From assembly GCA_965222375.1 (NCBI GenBank), contig CBDCTZ010000016.1:704001-768000 (forward strand): a stretch of DNA of 64,000 nucleotides. Direction: 5' to 3'. Positions within the stretch are counted from its first letter, which is position 1. Every line of letters begins with the position of its first letter. The stretch comes from Polyangiaceae bacterium. GTDB lineage: Bacteria; Myxococcota_A; Polyangia; Polyangiales; Polyangiaceae. Both the position numbers and the translations under genes were made by a program. Below the pieces are notes generated by a model. It worked only from the letters and a program-made list of their open reading frames with translations, did no database searches and had not been told where the DNA came from. Of the stretch, positions 56,630 through 64,000 are shown one piece after another.

Positions 56630-59365
56630 TCATTCGACCAATCGGAGTCCCATGGGCAACTCTGCGCCGTAGAATTCCGCCCGATCCTTGTCCGCCAGGG
56701 CCACGTGCTCCCGGACGCAGCGGACCCACTCCGGATCGGCGCCGTGCCGCTGTAGGGCGCTCGCCACCGGCTCTCGCACCGCTTCGGATAGATCCCGCGC
56801 GCGGTCCCCGCTGACGCGAGCAAGGTCCCGAGCTGCGCGAGCGGCCAGGGGTTGGTCCGCCCACTTTTCGCCCATCACGTGTTTGAGCCACCGCTCGGCA
56901 ACCCCCGCCGGTACCACATAGTGTGCGCTGGCGTAGGTGGGCACCCGCGCGCCGAGTCGACCGATGGCAGACCAGAGGCGCGGATTGCGATCGGACCACG
57001 TGCGCTCGATCAACCACTCGCCCAATTCGGCTCGCCGCTCGGCTGGTACCCGCTCCAACGCTGCGGACAGTTCCAGCATCTCGTCGAAGGCCTGAGGCTT
57101 GAACCCCTTGGGCTTCTTTGGTCCTTGCCCCGATGGCGCCAAGAACGGATCGATGCGATTGCGAATCCGCGTTTGCAGACCCTCGTCGATGCCACCGGCC
57201 AAGCGCCGCCAGGCGATCCACAGTTGCTGCCAACCCCGCGCCTCGGCGGGGAAGCTGAGCCCCGCCTCGAAGAGCGGCGCGATCTTCTTTACCCGACTGG
57301 GATCGAGGGGATGTCCGTAACCCGGGCGTAGGGTGAAGCCGGAGAGCATCCAGAACACGCGCTCGTGGGATGCGGAGCGCAGGCGATTCTTCAGATTGGG
57401 CGAAAGCGCGTCGAAGAGCGCTCGGGACAGCTCACCGCTCCAGGTGCCGCGGTCCCCGAGCAGCTTCTCGAGGTTGCGCCACAGCTCCTTCACGGTGCGC
57501 TCCTTCACATCACTGCGCCCTTTGCCGAACACCAGCTCGATGGCGTTCTGGGCTTCCGTGAAACGCGATCCTTCGGGGCGCATGCTGGGCGCGCGACCCG
57601 GGCGCAGGCTTTTTCGCGCCACATCCTCGGGTGCTTCTTCCGGGGCGTCGCCACGTGTATCGAAGGAAAGCCGATAATGCCCCGCGGCATCCTGCTCCGA
57701 CGCGACACACTCGATTTCGACGGTGCCAACGGGCGATAGCTCGCCGGCTAGCTGAACCGCGACCTCGGTTTTTCCGTCCTCCGCTTCCAAGGTCGTAGCC
57801 AGCGGCGAAAGCCTGGCGTGCTGCTCGCTGTCCAATTCGACCACATCCCCAGGTGCGGTTGCTCCCGTATCCGAGGTGTAGACCTCGAAGCGCACTGGCT
57901 GTCCCACACGCAGTGCAAACTTCCGCCCGACCACATGGCGTGCACCCTCTTCGGCGCCTCGAGGCACGACGCAGACCGCCCGCTTCTTTTCATCGGCATC
58001 CGAAAGGGCGACGAAAAAGCCGTGGGCGCTGCCCCCGCCGATCAACAAGCCGCTTCCGCCGAGGGCTTTGCCATAAGCTACGGCGCCGCGCGCCACCGCC
58101 AGATCCGGATCGGCGCCGGGCACCAGCGCTGGGTTTCCACCAAAGCTCCGGATCACCTCTAGCACGCGCTCCGCCAAGATCTTGGAGTGGAAGAACCCTC
58201 CGTTGAGCAAGACCGCATCTGGTGCCCGCCCCTCTGGCGCGTGTCGGTTGAGGAATGCCGCGACGTGCCGCGTGATGGCCGGGTCATGCTCGTAGGGCAG
58301 CCCGAAGGCCATGAGGGCGCTGCGCGCTCGCTTCACCTCCGCGCCTTTGTCCACCAGAGGAACGAAACCGTCCAACACCAGGCGCCGGACTTCATCCCGA
58401 CTCAGCTCCGTTTTCAGTGTCGAGCCCACCAGCGCGGAGCCCTTGCCGAGCACCGATACCCGCTGACTTTCAGGAGCATCCTCAGCGAGCAGTCGCTCCT
58501 TGGCGCCGCGGCAAGCGAGCACGAGTTCGGCGAAGCGCCTTGGGTCGAGCTTCTTGGGCGCCGAGACCATGCGAGATTCCGCGACGTGTGCCAGCGCCAG
58601 ATCGATGTTGTCGCCCCCGAGCAGCAGATGTTTTCCGACCGCCAGTCGAGACACCTTCGGGGCCTGTGCGGGTCCACTCAACGAAATCAGTGTGAGGTCC
58701 GTGGTGCCGCCACCGACATCGACGACTAGAACCAGCGTGTCCTCGTCGCCTCTAGCAACCGCATCCGAGCCCAGCCGCGACCACACGTCATAGAAAGCGG
58801 CCTGGGGCTCTTCCAGCAGTCGGACCCGCAGTCCAGCCCGGGTTGCAGCTTGCACCGTCAACTCTCGGGCGACCTGGTCGAAGGACGCAGGCACCGTGAG
58901 AATCAACAGCGGCAGGGTCTCCATCTTTTCGCCGGGGTGCTTGGCGTCCCACGCCTGCCGCACGTGGCTCAGGATCTTGGCGCTGGCGTCCACGGGCGAG
59001 AGTCGAGGCAGCTCGGGATCGTCCGCACCCCACGGCAAGATCGCCGCGTTGCGATCGACTCGACTGTGGCTGAGCCAGCTTTTGGCACTCGAGACCAGTC
59101 GCCCTGGTGCTTCCTGCCCGCGACGCCGGGCATGCTCGCCAACGACCCAGGGCAAGTCACCCCAGGGGTCGCTGGTGGTTTCACCCGACGGCGCTGCAAA
59201 AAGGAATGAGGGCAGCAGTGGCTGCTCGCCGATCTCGCCCGGACCCGTTAGCTGCGAGATGGCAAAGGTCGACGGATCTTCGCCAGATCGCGCTCGAGCC
59301 ACGACCGTATGCGTCGTGCCCAAGTCGATGCCGATGACGGGAGAGTCCACAGAGCCGATATACAA
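56630..59365 (-). CDS. Hsp70-like protein with long C-terminal extension (DUF3731-like)
   Basis: IGIDLGTT, LTVPASFD, EEPQAA, DVGGGTTD, LGGDNID, LLNGG; HERVFWMLSGFTLRPGYG..LDP tail. Confidence 0.88.
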   Translation of the reverse strand: MYIGSVDSPVIGIDLGTTHTVVARARSGEDPSTFAISQLTGPGEIGEQPLLPSFLFAAPSGETTSDPWGDLPWVVGEHARRRGQEAPGRLVSSAKSWLSHSRVDRNAAILPWGADDPELPRLSPVDASAKILSHVRQAWDAKHPGEKMETLPLLILTVPASFDQVARELTVQAATRAGLRVRLLEEPQAAFYDVWSRLGSDAVARGDEDTLVLVVDVGGGTTDLTLISLSGPAQAPKVSRLAVGKHLLLGGDNIDLALAHVAESRMVSAPKKLDPRRFAELVLACRGAKERLLAEDAPESQRVSVLGKGSALVGSTLKTELSRDEVRRLVLDGFVPLVDKGAEVKRARSALMAFGLPYEHDPAITRHVAAFLNRHAPEGRAPDAVLLNGGFFHSKILAERVLEVIRSFGGNPALVPGADPDLAVARGAVAYGKALGGSGLLIGGGSAHGFFVALSDADEKKRAVCVVPRGAEEGARHVVGRKFALRVGQPVRFEVYTSDTGATAPGDVVELDSEQHARLSPLATTLEAEDGKTEVAVQLAGELSPVGTVEIECVASEQDAAGHYRLSFDTRGDAPEEAPEDVARKSLRPGRAPSMRPEGSRFTEAQNAIELVFGKGRSDVKERTVKELWRNLEKLLGDRGTWSGELSRALFDALSPNLKNRLRSASHERVFWMLSGFTLRPGYGHPLDPSRVKKIAPLFEAGLSFPAEARGWQQLWIAWRRLAGGIDEGLQTRIRNRIDPFLAPSGQGPKKPKGFKPQAFDEMLELSAALERVPAERRAELGEWLIERTWSDRNPRLWSAIGRLGARVPTYASAHYVVPAGVAERWLKHVMGEKWADQPLAARAARDLARVSGDRARDLSEAVREPVASALQRHGADPEWVRCVREHVALADKDRAEFYGAELPMGLRLVE

Positions 59366-60240
59366 ATACCGCGAGGCAGGGGAAAGGCGAGATTGAGTTC
59401 AATAGGGCCCTGTGCTGGCGGGTCGAGCCACCAGACCTGCTCCATCGGAAACCGACGCTGTGCAGCGGGCCGCGAGGAACAACAGCGCTGCCACCAACCC
59501 CGCCCAGTCGCCGTTACACATAGGTTTCTGATCCCGACGTCTTCAGACTACGGCCTGGCCAGAGCCCATCCACGAGCGCGGCGGACCAAAATCGGGCGGC
59601 GCGCGAGTCCGTTTCTGATTGCCCTCCGGGGGTCTGGTCCTCATAGTCCCGGTCGATTCCGAGTAGTCCCGAGCAGTTTGCCAAGACCATGAAGCCGCAA
59701 AGGACAGACAGCCCGCGCGTCCCCGGTCAGTGTACTCGATTGGGAGGAGGACGACTGGCTCCGAACCTTCCTCGGCGTTGGGTTTGTTGGGATGGCAACA
59801 GAGCTGTGTTGGGTCCAGCGTTGACGGCCCGAGGACTCTCGCAAACTGGGCCGAGTGCGCAGCGGCTGCTCCCTTTAAGGTTGCCCTTCGGTGGCTCAAG
59901 GTTGCTGCGTTTCGCGTCGTCGGCAAAATGCCCAGCTGCCCCAAGACGTCCTAACACCGGCAAACACACAGGTCTGGTTCCCGGGGAAAAGGCAGTCGAA
60001 GGACTGGATGAGAAGCCAGCTGTGGCACCGCGAGCACTGGCTGGTAGGTGCGCCTAGGTGTGGAGTCTCCGCGCGACATCAAACCCGAGAACGTCCAAGC
60101 GTCCAGAGATTTCCTGAGATGCTTTGCATGGGGGCGACGTCCATGTCGGCGGCTGAATCCCGCAAACGTCAGTTGGCGAGCACCATCCGCGAAGGCGCGC
60201 GTCGGGTGGCGCCATCGCGTTGAGCTAGCGAGCAGATCGA

Positions 60241-61710
60241 CTATTTCGCGACTCTGAACAGTCCCGCGCCGTTCCAGTTCGGCGTTTCGCCCTGAACGCC
60301 GAAATAGATCGCCGTCGCGTCGGCGGAGAGGCCCCCCGGGCCTTTGGCCAGTGGTGGACTGAGCGCAGCCGGCGTCCCGCCGGACTTGGTGACCCGCCAG
60401 ATCCGAGCCTCGCCCACAGTGGTGAAGTAGGCGTAGACGTCATCCACTTCCAGGCTGTTGGGGATGTCGAGGCCGGCCGCCAGCGTCTCCTCGCTGCCGC
60501 CGGCTCGGGGTAGGCGACGGACCGAATCTTGATCCACCCAGTAAACATGGGTGGCATCGAGCGCGATGTCGCTCACATTCACGCCGCCAACCAGTGTCTC
60601 GACCGAGCCACCGCTCGTCTTGATTCGTTTGACACCACCAACTCCTTGCTGAGTCGGATGTCCCCCGTCGGCCCAATACACATAGCCACCGTCCACAGAC
60701 AGGCGGCGTGGGTAACGTAGGGAGCCGGCCAACTGGGTGACTGCACCCCCGCTCGGCCTAACCATGAGCTGTCCATCCACGAAACCGCTGGCATTGGTCC
60801 CGGCGTTGGTCCAAAATATGTCGCCGTTGCTGAGCGCCACGCCACGAGGGCCCGCCTGGTTGGTGGCTACGTCGGTCCTATTGCTACCGTCATGCGCTGC
60901 TGAACGGACTGCACCTCCGTTGAGGCTCGTCCAGTACACGAGTTGCTCGTCCGCTGCGATACCGTCCGGTGTGGCCTGATTGCTGGCGATTTGGACCACG
61001 CCGCTGGTCGCATCCCAGCGATAGACTGCGCTGGCATTGGTCACCGAGGTGAAGAAGACGTTGTCGTTCAACACGGTGGTTTGATAGGCACCGGGTGTGG
61101 CGCCGAGCGCGACGGCCTGGCAGATCGAAGCGGTGCACTGTCCGCCCTGACAGCCATGCCCGCAAGCACCGCAGTGCTCCGGACTCTTGCTGAGATCCGT
61201 TTCGCACCCGTTTTCGTCGACGCCGTCACAGTGCGCGTACCCGCTCGCACATTGGAAGGTGCAGAGCGCCCCGGCGCAGCTGGCCTGCGCGTTGACTTGC
61301 CCGCAAGCGTGCGAACACGCACCGCAGTTATCCGGATCATCCTGCAGATTGGTCTCGCAGGCATCCGCCGGGTCGCCGTTGCAGTCGCTGGTGCCTGCCG
61401 GGCAACCGGTGCTCGCGTCTCCAGAGCACGTCCCCGTGCCCGCGCATTCGACCGGCACGCACGTGCCCCCTTCGCAGGTCTTTTGCGCAGGACAGACCAC
61501 GTTTACACAGCTTGCATCCATGCGAATAGGCAGCGTGAGCGTCGTGTGATCGACGAACCGAATGCGGCGGCGCGCTACGATGCAGCCACCTGCGAAGTTG
61601 TCACTCACGCACTCGTCCGGGGACTTGCCCAGACCCGTGACGACCGCGATGGACACCGCAGCACTCGCTCGACTCGGCACGAGAACCAGACTGCCAATTC
61701 TTCCTGAAAG
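60241..61710 (-). pseudogene. 5'-truncated Cys-rich / beta-propeller surface protein
   Basis: RIGSLVLVP...CIVARR, DCNGD..DACET..D..NCGAC repeats, VYWT propeller repeats; no signal peptide, upstream in-frame stop at 61747. Confidence 0.6.
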
Positions 61711-61746
61711 AGCGGTGGTGTTCTTGGTAGAACGCCGAACTGAAAG

Positions 61747-62298
61747 TCAGCGCTCGCAGCGATTGCGTGCCCAACGCGAAACGCTCCGAAACGTGATGCT
61801 GTGGTTGGCGCCGTCGAGGGGTTTGATCGCGGCGAGTGGCTTGCTACCAGTGCCTACGTCAAAGTCCAGGTTGCGAACTTCGGAGTGGGTCGAGTTCCTG
61901 ATCACGAGCATTGAAGCCTGGGATAGCCCGCCGTCCCAAACGATCTTTGCTCGACCGCCGCTGCACACGAGAGACGTGCTGTTTTCCAGTAGAATCTCGC
62001 TCGTGGTGTTGTACGTCCCGGGTTGGAGTGCTGCGACCCCGCCGGCGCCAGCGTTTGCGATGGCGGCATTGATATCGGTGAGCGTGAAGCTGTGTTGGGT
62101 TGTCGCCATGCGCTCGACGCTTCCACGTTCTTCCTCGACGTCTGTCGTGCAGGCCGTAAGCGCCAACGCGCCAACGCCCGTACCGAGGATTGACGAGAGT
62201 TCACGCCGCGACGAGTCGGCGGCTTCATCGAGTCCATGTGTGGTTCCGGGCCCGGGCGCATCGCTGGTATTCCCGAGAGCGCTTTTTCTTGCTGCCAT
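61747..62298 (-). pseudogene. 3'-truncated Tat lipoprotein with pectate-lyase-like beta-helix start
   Basis: SRRELSS..ALTAC; DINAAIANAGAGGVAALQPGTY; ends after 183 aa. Confidence 0.55.
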
Positions 62299-62516
62299 AG
62301 AACGACTCCTGAGTTCGCTGACTGGGCCATCAGGCTGGCTAGAGCCGTGGCTTGCCGCTGATACTAGGGACGCCTACTGAAGGACAGAAACCGTGAACGT
62401 TTGTCCCTCATCCGCCGATGGTGGGCGGGCGCCCTGTGGGCGTTGCTCTGAGTTGTTTGGAGTGCGGGCCACCCGCGGACCATCGCGCGCGCTTGCCGCA
62501 CAGCCGCATCAGGTCG

Positions 62517-64000
62517 TCAGTCCGTGGCGGTGCTGCGGACGCCCAGTTCGACCTTCCAGCGTTCGTCAGGTTTGCGGGCTTCGAAGGGGACGGCTTCGAT
62601 CAACAGCGTGCCGACGGGCGTGATCTCGGCCGCTAGGTGTACGGGTACGATGTCGCCGTCGTTGCGGCCTTCGGTGGGCAGGGTGACTTCGATCGGGGAT
62701 AGCTCTTCTAGTTCGCCGTCGTCCCAGTCTTCTAGGGCGGTGCCTGCGGTGTCGTGGCGGCGCTGGGTCGAGCCGAAAAAGCGGAACTGCACCGGGTGGC
62801 CGACCACGATGCCGAGTTCGTGGGGTGGGAGCTCGGCCTGGGTGCCTTCCTCCATGCCGAAAGGCGCGACGCACATGGCGACGATCGGCGGCTCCATGCC
62901 GGGGACTGCGGGCGCGGGGCTTTCGATGCCGATGTAGTAGGCCCGGGCGGTGCCGCCACGGATGCGCAAACCGTGACCTTCTCGCACGCGAGCGTAGAAC
63001 GCGGCGCCGCGCGCTACCGCAAGATCCGGATCGTCTCCGGGCAGCACCCGCACTGGCGGCGCGCCGTCGCCCTCGAGCCAGCCATTGAGCGCGGCGAGGA
63101 TACGCTCTCGCACTGCGGGCGCCTTGACCACCCCGCCGTTGAAGAGCACCGCGGTGGGTCGCAGCATGCTCGTGTTGCCCAGGACGCCCGCATTGCGACC
63201 CAGGAAGCCTGCGAGGTGCTTGGTGATCCCAGGATCCGATGCGTAGGGCAGCCCGAGCTGGGTCAGGCCGACCCGGGCCCGGGCGGCGGGACGAGCGTCG
63301 CGGCTCACGGCAGGGAAGAAGCCTTCGAGCAGGAGCTGCTGCACTTCGGCGCGGGTCAGTTCGGAGCGCAACGCATTTCCCATCAGTGCTGAGCCTTTGC
63401 CGGCGACCGCGATGGGCACGCTCTCGGCGCTGTCGTTGGAGAGCAGGCGTACTTTGACGTGTCGGCAGGCGTGGGCGAGGGCGGCGGCTTGAAAGCGGTC
63501 GACCTTCTTGCCATCGGCTTTGAGTTTTTGGGCGACGGCGTGGGCCAGGGTCAGGTCCATGTTGTCGCCGCCGAGCAAGATGTGATCGCCGACGGCGATG
63601 CGCTCGAGGTCGAGAGCGCCATTCCGTTCGACACATCGGATGGCCGAGAAGTCTGTGGTGCCGCCGCCGATGTCGATTACCAGCACCACGTCGTCAGGAC
63701 GAAGGTGTTGGAGAAAGTTGGAGCCCTGGGACGCGATCCACGCATAGAGCGCGGCCTGCGGCTCCTCCAGCAACGTGAGGTTGTCGAGACCGGCGGCGTA
63801 GGCCGCTTCGACGGTGAGGTCCCGGGCCGCGGCGTCGAAGGAAGCCGGTACCGTGAGGATCACCGGGTAGTCCGCTAGGGTACGGTCGTGCTTGGACTGC
63901 TGAGACTCAGCCAAATGATCTAGAAAGCGGAAGGAGGCTTCGACCGGCGAGATGGCCTCGATGTCCTCCGGGGCGCCCGGCGGCAGCGCCGGGCTGCGGC
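62517..64000 (-). CDS. Hsp70-like protein (5' end outside the window)
   Basis: LTVPASFD, EEPQAA, DIGGGTTD, LGGDNMD, LFNGG, DLAVARGAA; frame open to the window edge. Confidence 0.88.
   Translation of the reverse strand, partial: RSPALPPGAPEDIEAISPVEASFRFLDHLAESQQSKHDRTLADYPVILTVPASFDAAARDLTVEAAYAAGLDNLTLLEEPQAALYAWIASQGSNFLQHLRPDDVVLVIDIGGGTTDFSAIRCVERNGALDLERIAVGDHILLGGDNMDLTLAHAVAQKLKADGKKVDRFQAAALAHACRHVKVRLLSNDSAESVPIAVAGKGSALMGNALRSELTRAEVQQLLLEGFFPAVSRDARPAARARVGLTQLGLPYASDPGITKHLAGFLGRNAGVLGNTSMLRPTAVLFNGGVVKAPAVRERILAALNGWLEGDGAPPVRVLPGDDPDLAVARGAAFYARVREGHGLRIRGGTARAYYIGIESPAPAVPGMEPPIVAMCVAPFGMEEGTQAELPPHELGIVVGHPVQFRFFGSTQRRHDTAGTALEDWDDGELEELSPIEVTLPTEGRNDGDIVPVHLAAEITPVGTLLIEAVPFEARKPDERWKVELGVRSTATD

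Noticed and set aside
59860..59945. Possible structured RNA with repeated AAGGTTGC
   Set aside because: No recognisable riboswitch or ncRNA consensus by eye

Overview
High-GC window whose gene content (MYXO-CTERM tails, Gly/Cys-rich lipoproteins, FHA-sigma54 activator plus Ser/Thr kinase module, DUF1592/DUF1552 pair) points to a myxobacterium, probably Polyangiales-like (inference). Left end: a Cys-rich lipoprotein running off the window (absent from the ORF track). Next come two apparently identical 1473-bp IS4/IS50-like elements in Tn5-style inverted arrangement. They enclose an HNH endonuclease gene with a RuvA-C-terminal-like tail, and that gene is itself bracketed by ~60-bp imperfect inverted repeats. 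Middle: MBOAT (AlgI-like), signalling genes, a five-copy array of mismatched hairpins (one more copy at 44.1 kb), a DGC, TetR/ribBA, several lipoproteins and MYXO-CTERM surface proteins, and many short gene remnants. Right end: a minus-strand run of two Hsp70-like genes separated by a ~3-kb block of fragments, then a pseudokinase-HEAT protein, a degenerate HD-GYP-like protein, and an ECF sigma / anti-sigma / STN-bactofilin-like membrane protein triad. No rRNA, tRNA or cas genes were recognised. All assignments come from motif reading by eye; no database searches were run.
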